DNA of 63,595 nucleotides, the filler included, from Octopus bimaculoides (lineage: Eukaryota): NCBI RefSeq assembly GCF_001194135.2. It is 7 parts of 7 records of this genome, joined end to end, with 100 filler letters (N's around TTAATTAATTAA, not from the genome) between each part and the next. Parts side by side here need not be neighbours in the genome. Positions count along the whole stretch, not along the records: positions 1 to 13,447 come from NC_068990.1; 6 more parts are not named here. One strand, written 5' to 3'. The position numbers and the translations under genes are program-made. Shown here piece after piece: positions 1 through 12,009 of the stretch; within the stretch, counting starts at the first letter, position 1; every line of letters starts with the position of its first letter. The notes beneath the pieces are model-generated. The model saw only the letters and a list, made by a program, of their open reading frames with translations, was not told where the DNA came from and made no database searches.

Positions 1-40
<40 letters not shown>

Positions 41-48
41 GGGGGGGG

Positions 49-88
<40 letters not shown>

Positions 89-94
89 GGTGTG

Positions 95-297
95 TATATG
101 TTTGTGTGCCTGTGTTTGTCCACCCCAACATCACTTGACAACCAATGCCGGTGTTTTTAAGTCCCCGTAACTTAGTGGTTCGGCAAAGTGTCCGGTAGAA
201 TAAGTACTAGGCTTAAAAAGAATACGTCCCGGGCTGGATTTGCTCGACTAACGGCGGTGCTCCAGCATGGCCACAGTCAAATGGCTGAAACAAATAA
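95..297 (+). mobile_element. SINE family A, 3' part
   Basis: Reverse complement of the body of the copies at 1462-1888 and 37622-38074; ends in A-rich tail. Confidence 0.75.
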
Positions 298-541
298 ATT
301 CACCGAGAAAAACACACTACATGTAAGCCAGTAGGAGAAAGTATATCCAGTGTGGTTTTCTCGGAGAATTTATGGTGGCAATAGTGCCTTTTGACGTTTA
401 TTTTTCACTGCATGGTGAGGCGCAAGCCAAGCATTTATTACAATTATGTATATGATTATCATATATTTATATTAATTTACCTACGAGGTTTTATTTCCGC
501 GCTGACCACTTGGAAAATATCATTTATCACTTTACCATTAT

Positions 542-580
<39 letters not shown>

Positions 581-654
581 TGATATTGATATTTCGATAT
601 CAATTTCGAGGTTATAAAATTTGATGCTCTGCTTAGTAATATTTTCAAGTTCGG

Positions 655-885
655 TACTCCTTTCAATAGAATCCTTTCTACTGTAGATACACAACCTCAC
701 ATTTGGAGGAAGGGATTAACCCGGTTACATCGAGCCCCAGTCTATATCTGGTACTTTATAATCGACCCCGAAGTGATGAAAGGCAAAGTCGTCTTTGGCG
801 GAATTTCAATTTAGAACGTAGTGACTGACGGAATAGCGCTAAGCGTTTTGTCCGGCGTGCTAACGTTTCTGCCAGCTCACCGCCT
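655..885 (-). mobile_element. tRNA-derived SINE family B with Deu/Nin-like core
   Basis: Minus strand starts with a tRNA-like head (GGCGGTGAGCTGGCAGAAACGTTAGC), followed by GACTTTGCCTTTCATCACTTCGGGGTCGAT...AGTACCAG, which resembles the Deu/Nin conserved SINE domain. Confidence 0.75.
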
Positions 886-1461
886 TACTCCTTTCAATAA
901 AACGGCATTCTGAAAATGTCTCCTGTATCTGTTTTGGAAACGGGGAAAAAATAAAAGGAAAAACAGATAATTCCAATTAAGCAGAAGTCAATTACATGCA
1001 GGTGTATATTAGCATACCATACATAATATGACATTTTTTACACTTGCGTGGATTAAATGCTCCCATTTTAATTTTGTAGGGAGAATCGACAGAGAAGTCT
1101 AACGATTTATATGTTGAAAGTATTCAGGATCTGGACGTATTATCAGTCATATATTCGAGTCGCCGATAACACAATATCTTACTCATAATTTACTCACGAC
1201 ATCTTTTAAAAAACTGTGTTTAGCATATAAATAATGCAGCTGTATTACATTATTAATCTTAAAGAAAAATTCGAAATTTCAAAACACCCAGCGTACCATA
1301 TGCTGCTACCCTGAAATTTTCCACATTTCGCGTAACGCACAACGCATCCAAGAGGGCGCTACGTGGGTGCTACCCTTCACGTAAGAATCTACGAATGTAG
1401 AGGGAACATGAATACTTAATAAATGAGGGGAAAAAGTTATTCTTTGATATATTCACTAGTA

Positions 1462-1675
1462 TCTTACTCTTTTACTCTTTTACTTGTTTCAGTCATTTGA
1501 CTGCGGCCATGCAAGAGCACCGCCTTTAGTCGAGCACATCGACCCCAGGACTTATTCTTTGGAAGCCTAGTACTTATTCTATCGATCTCTTTTGCCGAAC
1601 CGCTAAGTTACGGGGACGTAAACACACCACCATCGGTTGTCAAGCGATGGTGGGGGGACAAACACAGACACACAA

Positions 1676-1720
<45 letters not shown>

Positions 1721-1888
1721 CATATATACGACGGGCTTCTTTCAGTTTCCGTCTACCAAATCCACTCAAGGCTTTGGTCGGCCCGAGGCTATAGTAGAAG
1801 ACACTTGCCCAAGATGCCACGCAGTGGGACTGAACCCGGAACTATGTAGTTGGTAAGCAAGCTACTTACCACACAGCCACTCCTGCGT
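1462..1888 (-). mobile_element. Full-length tRNA-derived SINE family A with internal (TA)n
   Basis: Minus-strand head GGAGTGGCTGTGTGGTAAGTAGC...CCGGGTTCAGTCCCACT has A-box and B-box like motifs; near-identical copies at 37622, 32187 and 57887. Confidence 0.85.
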
Positions 1889-2299
1889 CTATATAATATT
1901 TAAATGAAATATAGCGTTAAATCTAATTTATAAATATACATGACTTTTTCTTGATATAATTAGATTAACTCAGAAACCACGAGTTGTTCCTAGTTTAAAA
2001 GAAAAGAAAAATGGTTAGAATTGCATTATTTTGTTTGTTAAACCTGCATGTCTCCAAATTCCAAATAATTTCAAGTCTAGGATAGGAAATATTTTCTACT
2101 ATAGAAATGATGGCGCTTTAAGTGTGCAACATAATGATCGATACCTGCACAAACACACGTACACGCACGAATATATGTATATAAGTATATTATAGATGTA
2201 TGTATATGCAATACACGTACACATATTTACACTCACACACACACATTATATGTATATATCAAAACACACACCCGCACACACACATATATACATATATAA

Positions 2300-2545
2300 A
2301 GTAACGTTTGTGTGTTCGTGCGAAGGCTGTGTGTCGTGTTCTTGGGCACGACACTTTATTTCACGTGACTCCCTTTCACTCAGAAGTAGGCCAAGCCGTG
2401 TCGACCTTTGACCTTGCCATGGGTAACATCCGTGGCGTAGTGAGAGGAGGCTCGTATGCATGGGCATAAACAACCTTGAGTGTAATTGTGCCTTGGAGAA
2501 CTTTCTATGTGCAATCTCATGATCATTCATGACCGACACGGACCA
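2300..2545 (+). mobile_element. SINE family C, degenerate copy
   Basis: TTCTTGGGCACGACACTTTATTTCACG...CATAAACAACCTTG matches the copy at 62862-63196. Confidence 0.65.
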
Positions 2546-3446
2546 TTACGATATATATATATATATATATANNNNNNNNNNNNNNNNNNNNNNNNNNNNN
2601 NNNNNNNNNNNNNNNNNNNNNNNNNNNNNNNNNNNNNNNNNNNNNNNNNNNNNNNNNNNNNNNNNNNNNNNNNNNNNNNNNNNNNNNNNNNNNNNNNNNN
2701 NNNNNNNNNNNNNNNNNNNNNNNNNNNNNNNNNNNNNNNNNNNNNNNNNNNNNNNNNNNNNNNNNNNNNNNNNNNNNNNNNNNNNNNNNNNNNNNNNNNN
2801 NNNNNNNNNNNNNNNNNNNNNNNNNNNNNNNNNNNNNNNNNNNNNNNNNNNNNNNNNNNNNNNNNNNNNNNNNNNNNNNNNNNNNNNNNNNNNNNNNNNN
2901 NNNNNNNNNNNNNNNNNNNNNNNNNNNNNNNNNNNNNNNNNNNNNNNNNNNNNNNNNNNNNNNNNNNNNNNNNNNNNNNNNNNNNNNNNNNNNNNNNNNN
3001 NNNNNNNNNNNNNNNNNNNNNNNNNNNNNNNNNNNNNNNNNNNNNNNNNNNNNNNNNNNNNNNNNNNNNNNNNNNNNNNNNNNNNNNNNNNNNNNNNNNN
3101 NNNNNNNNNNNNNNNNNNNNNNNNNNNNNNNNNNNNNNNNNNNNNNNNNNNNNNNNNNNNNNNNNNNNNNNNNNNNNNNNNNNNNNNNNNNNNNNNNNNN
3201 NNNNNNNNNNNNNNNNNNNNNNNNNNNNNNNNNNNNNNNNNNNNNNNNNNNNNNNNNNNNNNNNNNNNNNNNNNNNNNNNNNNNNNNNNNNNNNNNNNNN
3301 NNNNNNNNNNNNNNNNNNNNNNNNNNNNNNNNNNNNNNNNNNNNNNNNNNNNNNNNNNNNNNNNNNNNNNNNNNNNNNNNNNNNNNNNNNNNNNNNNNNN
3401 NNNNNNNNNNNNNNNNNNNNNNNNNNNNNNNNNNNNNNNNNNNNNN

Positions 3447-3494
<48 letters not shown>

Positions 3495-3499
3495 TATAG

Positions 3500-3600
3500 A
3501 TAGATACGGCAGACTTCTTTCAGTTTCCATTTACGAAATGTACTCACAAAGCTTTGGTCGGCTCAAAGGTATAGTAGAAAACACTTGCCAAAATGCTACA
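3500..3600 (-). mobile_element. SINE family A fragment
   Basis: CTTCTTTCAGTTTCC...GCTTTGGTCGGC...TAGTAGAA.ACACTTGCC shared with 1462-1888. Confidence 0.65.
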
Positions 3601-5039
3601 AAGTAAGATTGTATTTGGATAGTTTGCAAAAGTTTTAATACATAACCGATTTGCATCTTCATACAGCAACTTTATGCAGCGTTATCTCCCAATTTAGTAT
3701 TCAAATTGATCAGGGGTCGACTCTTACAGTCTACTTTCGTTTGTTAGTGGATGGTAATGTACAAACTGATATAATTAGTATCAAATTAATATCCCACAAA
3801 AATGTTCATTAGACCGATGTATATAACTTGAAACAAATACAAGTATAGAAAAGAAATGTTTTGTCATATTTACATTTATTATATTACTTCAAGCGATTTA
3901 CTCACCGAATAGTCTAACAAAAAGGACATCAATATTCGTTTATGTGAATGCGAGGCAACATAATTAACCTCTGTCAATATTCTGATTTTCAGAAGTCCAT
4001 CTATCAATTTACTTGGTTTATCAGTGTTACCTTAGATGAATACATTTATGTATTAATTGACAGAACTTAATCACTAACATCAGCATTGCAGGCACTATCA
4101 CCATTCATATATTATATCTTATGTTGTTTAAAAGGAACTGCTGTGTCAGAATGAATATCAACATTAAGAATAATACATGGAGAAGCACTCGCTATTGGTA
4201 TCGGAATACTTACAAATTGTACATTGTTGTTGTCACTTAATGGAATTTTTGTCTTGTGTCAACTGACGCTTCCCCATGCACCGGCTACAATCACATACGT
4301 TCTATATATCTCTTCAATTAATGGATCTACTCTTCAGGTTATTCATCGTTTCTCTCATGTCTTAATATACTCAGGTTTGCTTCTTTTCAAATGAATAATG
4401 TGTCCAGTGAAGTTTACACCTTCATCTGTCTTAAAACAGAGAGAGCCTAAAGAGAATTAATTCATGATTCTTAGCTATAGAATTCTGATTCTGAATGACG
4501 AAACCTGACGGGTACAAGTATCGGCCAATTCGATCGGTTCCATTAATTAACTGGTACACAAGTATAGAGACTACTTAAAGTTAAGCAAAATTACTTCGAC
4601 AGGGTTTCAACGTAAAATACTGGGACTTGATACTGCACCGGATCAAGGGAATAATTTCATCCATAGATTGTGAGTTCAGGAGATATGATGTTTATTATAA
4701 AAACAAAAGATTTATTGTCTGCTATCCAGACAAATGGTGCTGTACTAAACTAAATCGAGTACGATGATTACGAATCAGAACTCAGAATTGCTGTAGCACG
4801 TCGGGATTTTGAGTTATACACATAGTTATATATTAATACTATATTAGACTCAGGAATAGTTAAGTTCAAGGCAAATAATTATTATAATACCATATTAGTA
4901 CTGTATATAGGAAATTTATGTTCTAGACAAATTGTATTATAATATAATGGTACATTGTATGTTTATGTTAAGGGAACACTCATTTTATTTTTGATATGCT
5001 CAACTCTGAAATGTTTGAGACACTTGCTCTTGTGCTTGT

Positions 5040-5718
5040 AGGAACCTGCAGTAGTGGCCCATCATGTGTGGATTGAACCGGCCTTGATACCTCGTTTCCA
5101 TTTCAGATGTGTACTAATGAGACCTTTCACCATGCTCATCACCAAGGGCACCAAGATTTGCTGGGAAAAAATCGAGAAGAGAATGCAAGAAGTGCATTTT
5201 AAGTGCATCCCATTTAAGTTCATCCCATTCTTTCCTAGACTGTTAGCATGTTGTTTATTAAATCAGCATAGTTTTCAGCCCTATGATTTCCAAGAGAGTT
5301 CTGTACAACTAACACGAACGAATCCCCATGCCGTCAGCTCAACTGTATTCAGTTTACCTCTGACTTTGCTAGCAGATATCAATTCTCTGATATCGGGTCC
5401 AATGAAAATGCCTGCTTTCAGTTTTGCATCACTTTTCTCTGCACCAAATTTTACTTTTAGCTACTGGATGCCACAACCATCATATGTCATTGCTTTTATG
5501 AAGTCTTTGATGAGGCCGAGTGTGATGTGAAGGGGTGAAAGGAAGATATTTTGCATGTCTACCAGTGCCATATTCTGCACATTGTCCCGACCAACTATGC
5601 GCTCATCTCTTACAGGCCAGTCCTTTACACTGTAATGAGTGCTGTCGTCGCAGTTGTTCCAAACACACAAGCATATTATTATTTGATATATCCCAGCTGC
5701 AGTCCTAGGAGGCGGGAA
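5040..5718 (-). mobile_element. Degenerate DNA transposase, C-terminal half (probably Chapaev3/CMC type)
   Basis: Minus-strand translation with frameshifts: LLGLQLGYIK, CLCVW...HYSVKDWPVR, LSPLHITLGLIKDFIKAM, AKLKAGIFIGPDIREL, LKMHFLHSLLDFFPANLGALGDEHGER. The superfamily is recalled from motif pattern, not searched. Confidence 0.7.
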
Positions 5719-7040
5719 TTTTTATTTTAGTCTTTTGAAATCACTTTCATTCACCAGCACACATTTCACATATGCGGTAGGGTCCTCTAAATTTACCTTT
5801 GGAAAACTTTAATTTTTTAATTTCTCTCGCTAGTTTGCTATTTCTCCAATCGTGTTGGGGGATTTGATAAATTGTCGTGTTTGCATGTGTTTCTGTGGGC
5901 TTAGTGGCGGGAGGGGCTTGGAGGGGATTGGTGTCTGCATTGAGAGGACTAGATAAAGCGGGAATTAGAGGGACTGGAGCGGGAGAAGGGTGGGGACCGG
6001 GGTCCTTGGGTGGTGAACTTTTCCTCTTTCTTCTTTTTCCTCCGGTCACCGTCGACCAATCGCAGTTATCTGTCTCTTGTTTCTCCACCTTTTCTGATCC
6101 TTCAGTCAGCGGAGGTGCAGTTACTTTTTCGCCGGGGCCAACTAGTGGTGTTACTGCTCGTAGTGGAGAGTAATCTACTCTAATGTGGCCTTTCTGACCG
6201 CACTTGAAATATCGCGGTTTCCTGCCCCCCATTAAATGGCGTCAACTATGTTCTCTAGCACTCTGGGGCGGCGTGGATGATCTTTAATTCCCTTGCCCGT
6301 TATGTTGCAGGAATTTGATAATTTAGGGGATGGAGATGTTATCTTCCATCGCTATTATAATAGCTGCCACAATCCAACTAGCCTCCACTTCCGGTGGTAT
6401 CTCCTCCACCCTTACCATGGAAGCAAGTCTCTCAAGGTAAGTCTCTCAGAGCACCACCACTGACGTATTTCTAGAGGCCATAGAATAATAGTCCTTTCTT
6501 CTGTTTTAAACCGCACATCCACCGTGGCGCACTAACTCCCTCTGGTAACGTATGTAATGTCACTCCATGTGTCTTTCAGACATTTTTCTATTTTTTATTT
6601 GATACAATGTCTATCCTTTTCTTTTCTAAATCAAATGTTTTATACACATTTATTTCTTTTTCAAATCTACAACTTACCTCCCTTGGCGGGGTCACAACAA
6701 TTTTGTGCGCTTCTCTTTTTATTAAATCTTTGAATTTCTTTAATTCTTTCTTACTCATCTGTGCCTTCTCTCTCATATTAGCAGCCACTGCTGCAAAACT
6801 CTTTCCTCCCTTCACCTTGTCGATATTATTAACGCCTATCAACAATTCTTCCTCAGAGGACTCTATGTCGGAATATGAATGCATAATAATACAACGCACT
6901 CACTCCTCAGAGAGAGGGCAAAGGTAACAAATCCACCGAAAGCCAGACAAAACAAAATGTTCACACAAAAGCTTTTCAACAATATTTAGCAACAAAAACA
7001 CTTTTCAACAATATTTAGCAATAAAAACACTTTTCAACAT
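5719..7040 (-). mobile_element. Retroelement ORF1/gag-like coding insert with short A-rich tail
   Basis: Frameshifted ORF about 6899-5747 with SFAAVA, an RRM-like VRVEEIPPEVEASWIV and a degenerate knuckle YFKCGQKGHIRVD; stop at 5747 followed by AAAATAAAAA. Confidence 0.65.
6972..7038. repeat. 29-bp tandem repeat x2.3
   Basis: CTTTTCAACAATATTTAGCAA(C/T)AAAAACA repeated directly. Confidence 0.85.
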
Positions 7041-7265
7041 GACATTCAAAAGTAACACTAACCATTGGGGAAAACCTTTTGCGTTGTGAGACTAGCCCGA
7101 ACTTTCAGCACGAACTCCCTCGTCAATGGGCAATAGTAATCTTCATTTTTCATCCACACAGTAAAAACGTGCCAATATCATACCACCTACGATTTCAACA
7201 GCCACGTTACCATAAACAATTCTTTTTTCGTCTTCGCAAGCAAAACCAGAGAGCGGTGTTCTAAT
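7040..7265 (-). mobile_element. N-terminal continuation of the transposase at 5040-5718
   Basis: Minus-strand FACEDEKRIVYGNV and K*RLLLPIDEGVR...SHNAKGFP resemble the VYC.DV and WRLFIDSS...HNGN.YP motifs expected upstream in this family. Confidence 0.45.
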
Positions 7266-7552
7266 TCGCGTCGTACGAATGAGAATTTATCTAAATATAA
7301 TTATTTTCGTTCGGGACAATATATATATAGCTATGGCATATTCTGTTAAGAACGTAGTAATGTAGAACAGTATAAAGCTCGTCAAACCTTCAGATTTCAC
7401 TCTGTGCTATCCAGTAATAGTAGAATACGGACTTCCAGACTTGCGTTTGGGCATTTGTCGTGTGTGAATAGATAATTGACTCTTAATCATTTTTCACTTA
7501 TATATAATATATATATATTATATGTGTGTGTCAGTGAGTATGTGTGTTTGTG

Positions 7553-7581
7553 TAGATAGATAAACAGACAGACAGTCAGAC

Positions 7582-7636
<55 letters not shown>

Positions 7637-7665
7637 GAGATGGATGGATGAATGGATGGATGGAG
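7553..7665. repeat. (GATA)n / (GACA)n / (GGAT)n microsatellite
   Basis: Directly visible. Confidence 0.95.
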
Positions 7666-9183
7666 ATACATGCAAACATACAAAGAGATGCAAATCACGC
7701 ATACCTATATTTTTCAAGGGGACGCATCGCTTGAAGCTACCTTCTTTTTCTCTTCATTTTGGGATAGTGCTGTTGCTTTTAGTAGCGAAAACCTCTTGAA
7801 ATACATTGTAAGCACTCTGATTACAGTATAAGCAATGGCATAGGTAAAAGAGCTGCTGTCATGCGATTATTCACAATGCTGTATATGAATCGATGACTAC
7901 TAACGAAACGCTGATATTTCCACTCGTAGGAAGACTGCCTATTACATTCTCATTTTTCTCAGTATATTTGACCCAAATAGAAATTTTGTCCCAAATAGAA
8001 TAGATATAAATAAATTAAAAAAATAATAAATAAAAGCTCCAGAGAATTAGATCGTGAGAATTCCATCCTGTATATCCATCACATTACTGTCTCTTCAATT
8101 TGTGCACATTTTCAGCGTAAAATTTTTCATGCTCCATAGGAAAAATCTAATTTAAATCTAAATGAATCGATTTGTTTGACTAAATACAGAAGAAAACTAA
8201 TAAACTTCACATGATTTTTGCGTAATTGCTCAGCTTGGATGAAACGAGAGAGGATAATTGCACCAATGCACATAAATTACACCACTGCATATAAATAGCA
8301 AAGCTATAATTTTCAAAATCATTATATTGAAAAGAACACCTATCAAATAAATTGCACGCAAAATGTTTGTAATGAAATTGTTCGATATGTTGAAAATCTA
8401 TATATTTAACTATAAAATAGAAACAAGTATCGACATTTACTATGACAATAAAAATCACTTTTTTTTCATACACAACAGATCATAATTTATCAAAGTCTAT
8501 GAAATTATAATAAGAAATTCCTAATTTCATGCTGAAAATATATCACTTCTGAAAAAAGTCGTGTTCGTGTAGTGTCTGTAATCAATGTACATTACAGCAT
8601 AACTTTCTTAGTTAATCACCAAATTTGCATTTTCTATCACGCGAAGTTAATGAGGTGGACGCAAAGTATTGGGAGACTGAATCTACGATCCGTTTCATAA
8701 ACACACTACATCAATCTCTCTCGTTTTCTGTCTTTAAAAACATGGTATAACCCATTGGAAACTAGAGCTGAATGTTCCAAATATTCAGTTTTATTCTACA
8801 GCTTCAAGATGACTCCATAATATTTACGAGCAAAATGTAAGGTACCATATGGAGAGTAATGCTCTTTACTGCTAGATGTACCAATATATGTAGTTCTCCC
8901 GTAGAAGAACCGTAATTAAATTCTGAGAAGCTACTCTATTCATAGTTTGGTAGCAAGACAGCAACAAGCCATAATTAACTCTTTGTTTATTTCCTACTTC
9001 AATCCACGAAAAGTTAAAATTCATAGGTTTTGCCTTATCACGTTACAAGAGCAATAAAAAATATGTGAAAAAACTATCTCTAAATACGTAATTATTTGCA
9101 CTTTTGTGTGAATTAGTGCACATTGATTTACTTCGTTCTCAAATTTATTCATCACTTCCTATATTTGTCTCGGTGCGTATATA

Positions 9184-9222
<39 letters not shown>

Positions 9223-9263
9223 TATATATATGTGTGCATATGTATCTATATACATATACATAA

Positions 9264-9305
<42 letters not shown>

Positions 9306-11637
9306 GGAGACGTATTTTGTATATTTGTGTGTATACGTATCTCTGCCTTTCTGTATGTGTAAATATGTGTGTAACTACATATATGTCTGTATAAATGTAT
9401 CAAGAAATATGAAGCTTTATTGCTTAATTTACAGATGAAAATATGCTAATAATTAAATGGTAATTATTTCCATTCACATAACCAATTTCTATTCAAACTG
9501 TATATAAATCTGTTTTAATGTTTTAATGATATGTTTACAAATAAAGAGTTTCAATTCTTCCCTCGCAATTACTGTCTGAATTAATGTCATCGCAGAAATA
9601 AATGTCAATAAATTTAAGATCTTATATATCTGGAAAGTGAATTTATATAAGGATGTCCTGGTCTTACATCTTATTCCCAGAAAACATATGCGAGGTATCA
9701 TACGTTTTTTCAACAAACTTTAATCGATAATATATACTTGATATATTTTATGATAGTGACACCATTTCAAATATGGTGTTTCTTTTGTATGCCCTTGAAG
9801 ATATCAGCTGAAGTATTTCTCTTGCTCTTCATCGAGAAACAGTAAATGTTCAAGTTCAATCTTTCATGCTATGTAAACTTATTTGGTTTGGAGGCTATGA
9901 TAGTGACTGCTAGTTTCATTAGAAGCATTCTAGCATGTGGTCAATAATTACTGAAAATCCAACTTCAACAAGTCAAAAACATCAGCAAGAATATATCTAT
10001 TACAATTGAATTAATCACTTTTGCTCGGAGTGCCTATTTACAATGCAAAGTTTTATTATATTGCGTTCGTCATATAAGTTAATATCTGTGCACAGAAACA
10101 GAAAGCTACGTTCATTCTTTCATACCATCTGTGATATCCATGATTAAGCAGTTTTGTGCTACATTTTAGATCGCAATACAATTCTTCCGAAATATTCCAG
10201 TTTATAGAATGTAATGACTCTATCAACAAACCCGCGATATTATGTACAAATATAATATCCATTAATTCCTTCATATCGTGAACAATGCCTTACACGTAAA
10301 CATTACATACACTGCATATATTGCTTCAAGGACCGTCAATCGAAACTATTGATCAAGTTAGATCATGTCATAATATTTCAGCGTTGCTTCAATATCCCAA
10401 ATATTGCTTAAGGATGCAGTCAACTATATTTTCATAGACATTTGTATTTTCTTGTTCCAAGCAACTTGCAGAAGTCTGGTTACTTCACCACCCAGAACTA
10501 TCATCATCAGAAACAACATGTAGAAAGTACAAATTTCTACAGCATATGTATATCCCCCCCACCGCACACACACCTACATACATACATACATACATACATA
10601 TATNNNNNNNNNNNNNNNNNNNNNNNNNNNNNNNNNNNNNNNNNNNNNNNNNNNNNNNNNNNNNNNNNNNNNNNNNNNNNNNNNNNNNNNNNNNNNNNNN
10701 NNNNNNNNNNNNNNNNNNNNNNNNNNNNNNNNNNNNNNNNNNNNNNNNNNNNNNNNNNNNNNNNNNNNNNNNNNNNNNNNNNNNNNNNNNNNNNNNNNNN
10801 NNNNNNNNNNNNNNNNNNNNNNNNNNNNNNNNNNNNNNNNNNNNNNNNNNNNNNNNNNNNNNNNNNNNNNNNNNNNNNNNNNNNNNNNNNNNNNNNNNNN
10901 NNNNNNNNNNNNNNNNNNNNNNNNNNNNNNNNNNNNNNNNNNNNNNNNNNNNNNNNNNNNNNNNNNNNNNNNNNNNNNNNNNNNNNNNNNNNNNNNNNNN
11001 NNNNTATATATATATGCATACAGACACATATGCGTGCGCGAATGTGTGCGTGTGCGTATATGTCTGTGTTTGTGTGTGCATATGTATTAAGTTAGTATGG
11101 TGTCTAAGTGAATTAAATGTATTTCGACGTAAAGTTATGAACGGAAAATTATATTATTGTTTCTAACACACAGTGATTTTGGTAAAGGATGTAATCATAG
11201 GCAGGAAACCAGAACGACTATGAACCCAAAAATGCAAATTTAATTAGAATATATAGCTTCATGATTAGAAACCAAGAATCTCAGGTTTGCAAAAGTGGGT
11301 TAATAGATCAGAGATTCAAATTTTCAATATATTATACTCACAATAAATACAGAGATGATTTACAATAGAAATTTTCTTTTATTGCTATGCATTACTATAA
11401 TGTAATGTAACCTGGAGCGTTTACGTACCATAAAAGGGGAATATATAAGAGTTTAGGTGAAGTAAGAATGTACAATCTCCGAACATAACAAGCAATTTCT
11501 TTTTTAAATCAATATAAATTTCACGTGGACACATTTTATTTGGCCATTGGTTAGTGTTCAAACATTGTAATACACGACAAAAGTAAGAACTTACCGTGTA
11601 TATACTTACTCGCGAAAACAAACATAACCTTCCCTCA

Positions 11638-11713
11638 CAAGAAGAAGAAGAAGAAGAAGAAGAAGAAGAAGAAGAAGAAGAAGAAGAAGAAGAAGAAGAA
11701 GAAAGGGGAAGAA

Positions 11714-11748
<35 letters not shown>

Positions 11749-11838
11749 AGAAGAAGAAGAAGAAGAAGAAAAGAAGAAGAAGAAGAAGAAGAAGAAGAAG
11801 AAGAAGAAGAAGAAGAAGAAGAAGAAGAAGAAGAAGAA
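11638..11838. repeat. About 200-bp (GAA)n trinucleotide tract
   Basis: Directly visible, with few interruptions. Confidence 0.97.
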
Positions 11839-12009
11839 AGACGGGAGTGGTATTATTCGGTTGTAGAGGCTGTCCGTGAAATCTAGTTTAATGTTCAAGT
11901 GGCCTCCTGTGGTCGTAGCAGCAGTAGTAGTAGGAACTGTACTGAATAGATTCGTGGGTAACGACTGTTCTAAAAATAGTAGTATCATCCGTGGTGGAAG
12001 CATTCATAA

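Noticed and set aside
1608-1856. YIYI/HTHT/CVCV-rich ORFs throughout the window
   Set aside because: Translations of dinucleotide microsatellites and SINE bodies
1830-1888. tRNA-like sequences at SINE heads (also 38020-38074 and 62862-62930)
   Set aside because: A/B boxes continue into SINE bodies and no complete cloverleaf is evident; these are not tRNA genes
2486-3547. Long ORFs in the supplied track (also 10442-11166, 25874-26654, 40332-40981, 52883-53669, 60767-61569)
   Set aside because: They are open only because they run through N gaps and (TA)n tracts
4445-4515. GAAACCTGACGGGTA hammerhead-like 3' half
   Set aside because: No correctly placed CTGANGA or stem II upstream
8207-8473. 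Protein-looking minus-strand ORF (and pieces at 9520-9620)
   Set aside because: No recognisable homology and no convincing donor site; cannot be supported as exons
11596-12003. Poly-Glu/Arg and poly-Phe/Ser ORFs
   Set aside because: Translations of the (GAA)n tract; no supporting homology
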